A DNA stretch of 35,389 bases from Anaerolineales bacterium (GTDB lineage: Bacteria; Chloroflexota; Anaerolineae; Anaerolineales; UBA11579). The translations under genes were made by a program, and so were the position numbers. How positions within the stretch are numbered: position 1 is the stretch's first letter; each line of letters starts with the position of its first letter. The DNA lies in contig JBOGUK010000171.1 in assembly GCA_050695915.1 (NCBI GenBank), positions 1 through 35,389 on the forward strand. The letters are read 5' to 3'. Under the pieces are notes generated by a model. The model had not been told where the DNA came from, made no database searches, and saw only the letters and a program-made list of their open reading frames with translations. This document shows positions 9,018-17,330 of the stretch, piece by piece.

Positions 9018-9680
9018 ATGAACCCCAAGACGATCTCCATCCTCGGCGGCACTGGAGACCTCGGTCCCGCGCTCGCCTTGCGCTGGGCGCACGCGGGGCA
9101 TCGCGTCATCATTGGCTCGCGGCAAGCGGAGAAGGCTCAAGGCGTAGCTGCTGAGCTGAATGCCGAATTGGGTAATGGCGGTATCGAAGGGATGCAGAAT
9201 GCCGACGCTGCCCGATCAGCAGAGGTCTGCGTTCTCACCGTGGACCAGGAAGCTCACCAGGCGGCGCTGCAAAGCGTGAGAGATGTCGTTCAGGGCAAGA
9301 TCCTCATCGATACAACGGCTCGGGTTTCGTTCCCCGATCTCACGCCGCCTGCACCCCCGGCGGCGGCGCGTATCGCCCAGGATCTCCTCGGAAGTGGTGT
9401 ACGGGTTGCGGCCGCCTTCCAGACGGTGCCTGCCGCATCGCTGCGGAAGAATATCGATAAACCCCTGGAATCCGATGTATTGGTTTGTTGTGATAATGAG
9501 GCTGCAGCACAAATCGCTTTGGAATTAGTTAGCGATGCAGGGTTGCAGGGTTATTACGCAGGGTCGCTGGATAAGGCCATTGTGATCGAAGGACTTACCT
9601 CTCTCATGGTATCCATGAACAAGTATTACAAGAGTCGCCACGGCACGATCAAAGTCGCTGGTATCAAAAAGCCCACTTGA
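9018..9680 (+). CDS. npdG: NADPH-dependent F420 reductase
   Basis: 220 aa with the Rossmann N-terminus ISILGGTGDLGPALALRWAHAGHRVIIGSR, typical of NpdG/Fno. It lies in the F420 gene block. Confidence 0.85.
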   Translation: MNPKTISILGGTGDLGPALALRWAHAGHRVIIGSRQAEKAQGVAAELNAELGNGGIEGMQNADAARSAEVCVLTVDQEAHQAALQSVRDVVQGKILIDTTARVSFPDLTPPAPPAAARIAQDLLGSGVRVAAAFQTVPAASLRKNIDKPLESDVLVCCDNEAAAQIALELVSDAGLQGYYAGSLDKAIVIEGLTSLMVSMNKYYKSRHGTIKVAGIKKPT

Positions 9681-10441
9681 CGCCTGACGCGCTTGTCATT
9701 ACACCGCTCGAAGGAATCCCCATGGTCGAGGAGGGTGATGACCTTGGTGATTTCATCCTTTCCGCGCTGGCCCGAAAACCCATGGTTTTGGAGAATGGCG
9801 ACATAATTGTGCTGGCGCAAAAGATCGTCTCCAAATCAGAGGGGCGATTGATCGATTTGAAACGCGTTAAGCCCGGCGCCCGCGCTACGGAACTTGCGGA
9901 GAAAGTGAACAGAGATCCCCGGCTTGTGGAGTTGATCCTCCAGGAAAGCAACGAGGTCTTGCGTGCCCGAAAGGATCTGCTCATTGTGGAGCACCGGTTG
10001 GGCTTTGTATGCGCCAATGCCGGCATCGACCATTCCAATGTCGAGGGAGGCGAGGACTTCGTGCTGCTGCTGCCCGAGAACCCTGATGCCAGCGCCCAGG
10101 CTATCCGCCGACGCTTGGAAGAGACCAGCGGGCAACGGCTCGGAGTGTTGATCATCGACTCTCACGGGCGAGCCTGGCGCGAGGGCGTGGTGGGCGTGGC
10201 GATCGGGCTTTCCGGAATGCCCGGTCTAGTTGACGAACGTGGGCGCGACGACCTGTTTGGCCGCCAGTTGCGGGCCACACTTGTGGGCGCAGCCGACGAG
10301 TTGGCGGCCGCTGCCTCGGCTGTCATGGGGCAGGCCGCCGAAGGCATTCCGGCGGTTCACATCCGCGGCTTCCAGTATCCCTTGCGTGATGGCAGCCTCA
10401 ATGAGCTTCTGCGTCCGAAAGAGCGCGACGAATTTCGGTAA
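9677..10441 (+). CDS. cofE: coenzyme F420-0:L-glutamate ligase (CofE; FbiB N-terminal-domain equivalent)
   Basis: 254 aa with the CofE-type blocks GDIIVLAQKIVSKSEGR, NAGIDHSNV and IIDSHGRAWREG. The TTG start overlaps the npdG stop (TTGA). Confidence 0.9.
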   Translation: MTPDALVITPLEGIPMVEEGDDLGDFILSALARKPMVLENGDIIVLAQKIVSKSEGRLIDLKRVKPGARATELAEKVNRDPRLVELILQESNEVLRARKDLLIVEHRLGFVCANAGIDHSNVEGGEDFVLLLPENPDASAQAIRRRLEETSGQRLGVLIIDSHGRAWREGVVGVAIGLSGMPGLVDERGRDDLFGRQLRATLVGAADELAAAASAVMGQAAEGIPAVHIRGFQYPLRDGSLNELLRPKERDEFR

Positions 10442-10484
10442 GACATCCTTTCTGTAGGAGTCGATAAGATTGAAAGGAGACACG

Positions 10485-10883
10485 ATGAAGGGAATCCCAG
10501 AAGAATTCAATGACTTGCTCGCGGACGAGACCAAAGCGTTCGCATTCCTCGCGACGGTGATGCGCAACGGCTCGCCCCAGGTTACGCCCGTCTGGTTTAA
10601 CGTGGACGATAAGCACATTCTGATCAACTCAGCGACGGGCCGCGTGAAGGATAATAATATACGCAAACGCCCCCAGGTGGCGATGACAATTATGGACCCA
10701 AAGCGGCCGTATCGTTATCTTCAAGTCCGAGGCAAGGTAGTTGAGATCACAGAGGAAGGGGCTGCGGATCACATCCACGCGCTCTCAAGAAAGTATCATG
10801 GGCACGACTACAACATTCCCGAGGGCATGGTCAGGGTGACCTACAAAATCCTGCCGAATCACACGCTTGATAAGGAATATTAG
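10485..10883 (+). CDS. PPOX-class (pyridoxamine 5'-phosphate oxidase fold) probable F420-dependent enzyme
   Basis: The ATG at 10485 is preceded by AAAGGAG. The protein shows the small split-barrel pattern ...GSPQVTPVWF...RPQVAMTI...YLQVRGKV... and is a tandem paralogue of the next gene. Confidence 0.8.
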   Translation: MKGIPEEFNDLLADETKAFAFLATVMRNGSPQVTPVWFNVDDKHILINSATGRVKDNNIRKRPQVAMTIMDPKRPYRYLQVRGKVVEITEEGAADHIHALSRKYHGHDYNIPEGMVRVTYKILPNHTLDKEY

Positions 10884-10890
10884 TTAGCTT

Positions 10891-11298
10891 ATGATCTCCA
10901 TGGTTCCTGAATCACAACAATACTTGCTGAAAGACGAAACAAAGGCTTTCGCTTATGTGGCCACTGCCATGTCCAATGGCCAGCCACAGCTGACCTGCGT
11001 TTGGTTCAACACGGACGGGGAGGGGCACATCCTCTTTAACACTGTGGATCGAGCGGCAAAATTTCGTTATCTATCAAAGAATCCACGCGTGGCCATTCTG
11101 ATTTCCGACCCGCAGGATCCGCACAAATACGTCCAAATCCGCGGCCGAGTTGAAATGACCAAAGAGGGGGCCGTGGAGCACACTCACGCGCTTTCCCGCA
11201 AGTACACGGGCAAGGATTTCGAACTCCGCCCCGGCACGCTGCGCGTGATGTACAAGGTGAAACCCAAGCGGGTGACTGTTTGGCCTCCCCAACGCTAA
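10891..11298 (+). CDS. PPOX-class probable F420-dependent enzyme (tandem paralogue)
   Basis: 135 aa, roughly half identical by eye to the preceding gene (DETKAFA..AT.M.NG.PQ.T.VWFN...HALSRKY.G.D). Confidence 0.8.
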   Translation: MISMVPESQQYLLKDETKAFAYVATAMSNGQPQLTCVWFNTDGEGHILFNTVDRAAKFRYLSKNPRVAILISDPQDPHKYVQIRGRVEMTKEGAVEHTHALSRKYTGKDFELRPGTLRVMYKVKPKRVTVWPPQR

Positions 11299-11903
11299 CC
11301 CACAAAACCTTGCACACCTGGCTGCGCTCCCGCCGCTCGGTGCGCAGGTTTCGCCCGGAAACGATTCCGCCCGAAATTTTGAGCCGCATCCTGGAAACCG
11401 CCACTTGGGCGCCGAACGCGCACAACCGGCAGCCCTGGCGCTTTGTGCAATTGGCATCACTTGCCAGCCGCGACGCGCTTGCCGGCGCCATGGGTGCGGA
11501 ATTCGAGCGCGCGCTGCGCGCCGAAGGCAAAGATGCACATGAAATCGCGGCACAGCTCAGGCGCTCGCGGGATCGGATTCTGGAAGCGCCCGAAGCCATT
11601 TTGCTCTGCCTTGATTCCAATGTGCTGGATAAATATGAAGATGTGAACCGCACTCATGGCGAATACCTCATGGGCGTGCAAAGCGTGGCGCTGGCAGGCG
11701 GTCAGCTGTTGCTGGCGGCGCAGGCCGAAGGTATCGGCGGTGTGTGGATCTGCGCGCCGCTGTTTACTCCCGTGGAGGTGGCCAGCGCCTTAGAATTGCC
11801 GGAGACTTGGCAGGCGCAAGGTTTGATCTTATTGGGATTTCCTGCCCGAGATGCTGAACCTCGGCCGCGAAAAGCGATTCTTGATGTATTCAACTCCGCC
11901 TAA
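11280..11903 (+). CDS. stand-alone nitroreductase-family protein (FbiB C-terminal-domain-like; candidate dehydro-F420-0 reductase)
   Basis: RRSVRRFRPETIPPEILSRILETATWAPNAHNRQPWRF is the classic nitroreductase N-terminal motif. The gene sits between the PPOX genes and cofD, and its TAA stop directly abuts the cofD ATG. The start is uncertain (TTG at 11280 or TTG at 11310). Confidence 0.75.
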   Translation: MASPTLTHKTLHTWLRSRRSVRRFRPETIPPEILSRILETATWAPNAHNRQPWRFVQLASLASRDALAGAMGAEFERALRAEGKDAHEIAAQLRRSRDRILEAPEAILLCLDSNVLDKYEDVNRTHGEYLMGVQSVALAGGQLLLAAQAEGIGGVWICAPLFTPVEVASALELPETWQAQGLILLGFPARDAEPRPRKAILDVFNSA

Positions 11904-12839
11904 ATGAAAGTCGTCACATTCGCCGGTGGGGTGGGTGGCGCCAAAATGGCGGATGGGCTTGCTCAAGTTCTTCCAAAAAAAGAACTAACCGTGGTGGTCA
12001 ACACTGGAGACGATTTCGAGCATTTCGGCCTGACGATATGCCCTGATCTCGACACCGTCTGCTACACGCTGGCGGGTCTCGCCAACCCCGAAACTGGCTG
12101 GGGGCGCGTTGGCGATACAGAGAACGCACTGAAAAGCGTTGGCGTGCTTGGCGGCCCAACCTGGTTTTGGCTTGGCGACCGCGACTTGGGGACGCATCTC
12201 GAGCGCACCCGCAGGCTGCAAGCGGGCGAGCCGCTTAGTGTGATCACCGCGGATTTCTGCCGCAGGTGGGGGGTCGACGCAGCCCTATTGCCGATGAGCG
12301 ATCAGACGGTGCGCACGATTGTGGAAACCGGCGAAGGAGAACTGCCGTTCCAGGAATACTTTGTCGCTCGCGCCTGCGAGCCGCGTGTGCGCGGCTTTCG
12401 TTTCCAGGGAGCGGAGGCGGCGCAGCCGGCGCCCGGCGTGCTGGAGGCGATAAAAACCGCTGATGCAGTAATTTTTTGTCCGTCCAATCCATGGGTGAGC
12501 ATCGCGCCGATCTTGTCAGTTCCAGGAATCCGCGCCGCCGTGGAGACGAAACCCGTGATCGCAGTTTCGCCGATCATCGGCGGGAAAGCCGTGAAGGGAC
12601 CCGCAGCGAAAATGTTTAGCGAGTTGGGCATTGAACCCAGCGCGCTCGCGGTGGCGCAGCATTATGGAAAATTACTCCGCGGCTTCTTGTTAGACAACCG
12701 GGACGCCGCGCAATCGAGCGCGATTGAGGCCCTAGGTATAATGCCGCTGGTGACCGACACGTTGATGCAGGATCGCGCCGATCGCGCTCGTCTGGCAAAA
12801 GAAGTCCTCGCATTCGCATCCGCTCTTCTCGCCAAATGA
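11904..12839 (+). CDS. cofD: 2-phospho-L-lactate (or EPPG) transferase CofD/FbiA
   Basis: 311 aa with MKVVTFAGGVGGAKMADGL at the N-terminus, VVNTGDDFEHFGL and PSNPWVSI, all typical CofD blocks. Confidence 0.9.
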   Translation: MKVVTFAGGVGGAKMADGLAQVLPKKELTVVVNTGDDFEHFGLTICPDLDTVCYTLAGLANPETGWGRVGDTENALKSVGVLGGPTWFWLGDRDLGTHLERTRRLQAGEPLSVITADFCRRWGVDAALLPMSDQTVRTIVETGEGELPFQEYFVARACEPRVRGFRFQGAEAAQPAPGVLEAIKTADAVIFCPSNPWVSIAPILSVPGIRAAVETKPVIAVSPIIGGKAVKGPAAKMFSELGIEPSALAVAQHYGKLLRGFLLDNRDAAQSSAIEALGIMPLVTDTLMQDRADRARLAKEVLAFASALLAK

Positions 12840-12852
12840 ACCCGGCTTTAAT

Positions 12853-12900
12853 TACGCAATACGCAACACGCAATAGGTATTTCGTATCCTGTATTGCGTA
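12853..12900. repeat. inverted arrays of the heptamer TACGCAA
   Basis: TACGCAA TACGCAA CACGCAA (12853-12873), a 6-nt spacer, then TTTCGTA TCCTGTA TTGCGTA (12880-12900). TTACGCAATAC (12852-12862) and GTATTGCGTAA (12891-12901) are perfect complements. Confidence 0.6.
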
Positions 12901-12911
12901 AGGAACTCCTG

Positions 12912-13508
12912 ATGACACTATGGGCCATCGTGCCTGTGAAACCGCTGCGCCGCGGCAAATCCCGTTTGGCGCCCGTCTTATCCGATGAGGATCGCGTCGA
13001 ACTGAACCAGCGCATGCTGCTGCGCACGATCGACACCCTGAAGCAGGTTGACGAACTAGGCGACGTGCTAGTGGTCAGCCGGGATCCGGAAGCGCTTTCG
13101 CTGGCCCGCGAGCACGGCGCCCGCACACTGCAGGAAGATGGTGCGCCGCATTTAAATGTGGCACTGAAGCGCGCTACTGTGGTTGCAAAGAGCTACATGG
13201 CCGAAAGCGTGCTGGTTCTCCCCGCTGACCTGCCGCAGATCAGTACGCAGGACATTCACGCCATGTTGGAAGCTGGCAGCGAACCGCCCGTAGTGGTGAT
13301 CGCTCCGGACCATCACCGGGAAGGCACCAACGCCCTCTTTGTGAATCCAGCGGGACTCATCGAATACGATTTCGGCCCGGGTTCCTTTGCCCGCCATAGC
13401 GAGAATGCGAATAAGGCGGGAGCGAAGTTGGTTGTGTTGGATTTAGCCTCGCTAGCCCGGGATGTGGACGTTCCCGAAGACCTGGGCTTCCTCGAAGTTC
13501 AGAGCTGA
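12912..13508 (+). CDS. cofC: phospholactate/phosphoenolpyruvate guanylyltransferase CofC/FbiD
   Basis: [29 protein letters not shown] matches the CofC N-terminal motif. The ATG at 12912 has AAGGA 7 nt upstream; the track start at 12894 lies inside the heptamer repeat. Confidence 0.85.
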   Translation: MTLWAIVPVKPLRRGKSRLAPVLSDEDRVELNQRMLLRTIDTLKQVDELGDVLVVSRDPEALSLAREHGARTLQEDGAPHLNVALKRATVVAKSYMAESVLVLPADLPQISTQDIHAMLEAGSEPPVVVIAPDHHREGTNALFVNPAGLIEYDFGPGSFARHSENANKAGAKLVVLDLASLARDVDVPEDLGFLEVQS

Positions 13509-13513
13509 TCACA

Positions 13514-13543
13514 CGCCCAATTTGGGCGGCTTTCCAAATTTGG
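13514..13543. promoter_or_regulatory. twin palindromes sharing a CCAA(A/T)TTTGG core, upstream of the LLM gene
   Basis: CGCCCAATTTGGGCG (13514-13528) followed by the perfect palindrome CCAAATTTGG (13534-13543), lying 13-40 nt before the LLM start. Confidence 0.35.
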
Positions 13544-13555
13544 TTTAAGATTAAG

Positions 13556-14557
<1,002 letters not shown>

Positions 14558-14577
14558 GGGCGCACGGCAGTGCGCCC
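14558..14577 (+). other. GC-rich stem-loop directly after the LLM stop (REP-like or terminator-like, no U tract)
   Basis: GGGCGCAC-ggca-GTGCGCCC forms a perfect 8-bp stem starting 1 nt after the TAG at 14555-14557. Confidence 0.4.
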
Positions 14578-14615
14578 GTGCCCTCGCCATGCTGAGCGGA
14601 GCGAAGCATCCACCC

Positions 14616-15095
14616 ATGATGAAAATGGAAAAACTCCCTAACTCGCGCAACTGCTTTGCTTGCGGAATGGAAAACCCCATTGGTTTGAAGCTTGAAATGT
14701 ACGGCGATCCCAAAACAGGCATTGTTACTTGCGATTACACTATCCCCAAGCATTTTGAAGGCTATCCGGGGATTGCGCATGGCGGAATCGTTTCCTCATT
14801 GCTGGACGAGGTGATCAGCCGCGTCTACATGATGGGCGATCACAATCGGTTTATGTACACGGCCAAGCTCACCTCCCGCTTTCGTAAGCACGTTCCCGTC
14901 GAGGTTCCATTGCATATGACCGGCTCGTTCATCAAGGATCGCGGCCGCACAGCTGAGGCCGAGGCCAAGATCTTCACTTCCGATGGTGAGTTGCTGGCCC
15001 AGGGCGAGGCCCTGCTCGTTGCCGCCGAGGAAATAGGTGGGGGCGATTTGGAGGAACTGGGCTGGAAGGTGTATCCTGATAACAGAGTTCCATGA
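14616..15095 (+). CDS. PaaI-family hotdog-fold thioesterase
   Basis: NCFACGMENPIGLKLEMY and GIAHGGIVSSLLDEV are typical PaaI-like thioesterase blocks. I chose the ATG at 14616 because the upstream extension overlaps the LLM gene. The stop overlaps the next start (ATGA). Confidence 0.75.
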   Translation: MMKMEKLPNSRNCFACGMENPIGLKLEMYGDPKTGIVTCDYTIPKHFEGYPGIAHGGIVSSLLDEVISRVYMMGDHNRFMYTAKLTSRFRKHVPVEVPLHMTGSFIKDRGRTAEAEAKIFTSDGELLAQGEALLVAAEEIGGGDLEELGWKVYPDNRVP

Positions 15096-15853
15096 TCACC
15101 GAATATCACCGCCCGTCTACGATCGAGGAAACTCTCAAGCTCCTTCGCCGCAAGCGCCCGCAGACGCGCCCCCTAGGCGGTGGCACGGTGCTTTCGGCGC
15201 CTTCCGCCGAAGCCGTGGCCGCCGTGGACTTGCAGAACCTTGGGCTGAATAAAATCTCCTTGCGAGGCCAAAATCTTCATTTCGGCGCCACCGCGACATT
15301 GCAATCATTACTGGAAACCGAAGGCATCCAGCCAGCACTGGCTGCCGCCATCCGTCACGAAGCCACCTACAATCTGCGCCAGGCAGCTACGGTTGCTGGC
15401 AGCCTGGTCGCCGCTGAGGGTCGCTCGCCCTTCGCAAGTGCCATGTTGGCGTTGGACGCCAAGTTGGAAACGCAGCCCGGCGACGAAAAACTGAGCTATG
15501 GCGAAGTTCTCGCCCTGCGCGCGGACAAGTTGCGCGGTCGGTTGATCACCAAGATCATCATCAGCGCGCAAACAAAACTTAGCTACCAATTCGTTTCGCG
15601 CACTCCCGCTGATCTTCCCATCGTTTGCATTGCGTTTGGCGTCTGGCCCTCCGGCCGAACGCGGCTGGCAGTGGGCGGCTTCGGCGCCGCACCCACACTC
15701 GCCCTCGATGGCCGCGACGACAGCGGGCTATCCGAGGCGCTGGAAAACGCGCTTACTCATGCCAGCGACCAGTGGGCGAGCGCTGAATACCGGCTCGAGG
15801 CCGGCAAGGCGCTGCTGCAGCGCGGCGTCGCTGAGATTGCAGGCAATGCATAA
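15092..15853 (+). CDS. molybdenum hydroxylase FAD-binding (medium) subunit, YgfM/CoxM-like
   Basis: 253 aa with YHRPSTIEETL...PLGGGTVL (AGGTDL-like) and RQAATVAGSL (RNxGTxGGN-like). Its size matches E. coli YgfM. Confidence 0.8.
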   Translation: MITEYHRPSTIEETLKLLRRKRPQTRPLGGGTVLSAPSAEAVAAVDLQNLGLNKISLRGQNLHFGATATLQSLLETEGIQPALAAAIRHEATYNLRQAATVAGSLVAAEGRSPFASAMLALDAKLETQPGDEKLSYGEVLALRADKLRGRLITKIIISAQTKLSYQFVSRTPADLPIVCIAFGVWPSGRTRLAVGGFGAAPTLALDGRDDSGLSEALENALTHASDQWASAEYRLEAGKALLQRGVAEIAGNA

Positions 15854-17204
15854 CGTGGATGCCCTATTGCACAACGCGGCGGAACGCGGCGTTAAATATC
15901 TTCGTGAGATCGATGGACGCCGCGCGTTTCCTGCACAAGAAGATATTGATCGATTGCAAGAACTCGACTTCGATCTGCCAGAATCCGGTCGCCCTCCCGA
16001 ACACATTTTGAAACTCCTCGATGAAATCGGTTCTCCGGCCACCGTTGCCACGGCAGGGCCGCGCTATTTCGGTTTCGTCATCGGCGGTTCACTGCCCGCT
16101 GCGTTGGCGGCCAATTGGCTGGCAGGCGCCTGGGACCAGAACGCCTTCAGTCCGCTCAGTTCCACGGTCGGCGCAAAGCTCGAGGAGATTTCGTTGGGGT
16201 GGCTTCGTGAGGTCTTCGGCTTTCCAGAAACTGCGGATGGTGCGCTCGTCACCGGCGCTACGATGGCGAATTATTGCGGCGTCATGGCAGCTCGCCACGC
16301 TCTCTTGGCGAAGAAGGGATGGGATGTTGAAGCCAGGGGACTCTACGGCGCGCCGGAGATCAACGTCCTCGTTGGCGAAGAAGTCCACTCCAGTTTGATC
16401 AAGGCTTTGGGCATGGCGGGACTCGGACGCGAGCGTGTTACCCGCGTTCCCGTGGACGCGCAAGGCCGCATGCGCGCCGATGCGCTTCTCAAACTGATCG
16501 ATCTGACCCTGTTGTGCATCCAGGCGGGCAACGTGAATTCCGGCGCCTTTGACCCCGCCGAGGAACTATGTGCCGCAGCGCGCGCGGCGGGTGCATGGGT
16601 ACACGTGGACGGCGCCTTCGGCCTGTGGGCTACGGCTTCGCCTAAGTTCGCGCATTTGGCCAAGGGAGCCGACCAGGCGGATTCCTGGGCCTGCGATGCA
16701 CATAAATGGCTCAACGTTCCGTATGACTGCGGCTTCGTGTTTGTGCGCGAACCGCAGCACTTAGGCGACACCTTTTCACAGCGCGCCGCCTACCTCAAAC
16801 GCATCCAACCCCACGAGCCTTACGATTACACACCCGAGAGCTCGCGCCGCGCCCGCGGCATCGAAGTCTGGGCGTCGCTGCTATCGCTCGGCAGGCAGGG
16901 GCTTGCCGAAATGATCGAGCGCAACTGCGCGCAGGCGCAGCGAATAGCCGAAGGGTTGAGGAAAGCCAACATTGAAGTGTTGAACGACGTAGTCCTCAAT
17001 CAAGTTGTGGTCACATTTGGCGACGAAACGCGCACCAATCGCGTAATCGCCGCGCTGCAGAAAGACGGCACCTTCTGGGCAGGTGGGACGACCTGGCGAG
17101 GCCGCGCCGCAATGCGAATTAGTTTTTCGTCATGGAAAACAAATGATAGCGATGTCGATCGAAGTCTTGAAGCAATATTGCGTGTTAACGCAGAAGAAGC
17201 TTAA
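15846..17204 (+). CDS. group II pyridoxal-phosphate-dependent decarboxylase family protein
   Basis: The PLP lysine motif CDAHKWLNVPYDCG and TGATMAN are present. The ATG at 15846 overlaps the FAD-subunit stop by 8 nt (ATGCATAA). I reject the track extension back to 15630 because it overlaps the FAD subunit. Confidence 0.8.
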   Translation: MHNVDALLHNAAERGVKYLREIDGRRAFPAQEDIDRLQELDFDLPESGRPPEHILKLLDEIGSPATVATAGPRYFGFVIGGSLPAALAANWLAGAWDQNAFSPLSSTVGAKLEEISLGWLREVFGFPETADGALVTGATMANYCGVMAARHALLAKKGWDVEARGLYGAPEINVLVGEEVHSSLIKALGMAGLGRERVTRVPVDAQGRMRADALLKLIDLTLLCIQAGNVNSGAFDPAEELCAAARAAGAWVHVDGAFGLWATASPKFAHLAKGADQADSWACDAHKWLNVPYDCGFVFVREPQHLGDTFSQRAAYLKRIQPHEPYDYTPESSRRARGIEVWASLLSLGRQGLAEMIERNCAQAQRIAEGLRKANIEVLNDVVLNQVVVTFGDETRTNRVIAALQKDGTFWAGGTTWRGRAAMRISFSSWKTNDSDVDRSLEAILRVNAEEA

Positions 17205-17213
17205 GATGAACAT

Positions 17214-17316
17214 AACCCCATCCCCAACCCTTCCCCTTTCAAGGGGAAGAGCCTGTCCCGAGGAACTGCCATGGGCAGCGACGAGAGAGTGCCTGCGCAG
17301 CAGGCGGGAAGGGGTT
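17214..17316. repeat. REP/MITE-like palindromic element, copy B (inverted relative to copy A, with about 40 nt extra)
   Basis: The termini AACCCCATCCCC ... GGGAAGGGGTT are exact reverse complements of the termini of copy A. It carries the same central CCCTTCCCCTTTCAAGGGGAAG palindrome and ends 14 nt before the ATG at 17331. Confidence 0.65.
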
Positions 17317-17330
17317 TGAGGTATGCATAA

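Noticed and set aside
8939-12900. Heptamer arrays or 8-bp repeats as a CRISPR array
   Set aside because: The units are 7-8 bp with no spacers of 25-40 bp, there are only 3-5 copies, and no cas genes are present. These are not CRISPR.
15630-15845. Upstream extension of the decarboxylase ORF (the track gives 524 aa from 15630)
   Set aside because: The extension overlaps the 3' third of the FAD-subunit gene in another frame and is Arg/Pro/Ala-rich. The ATG at 15846 gives a normal-length group II decarboxylase with a typical operon overlap.
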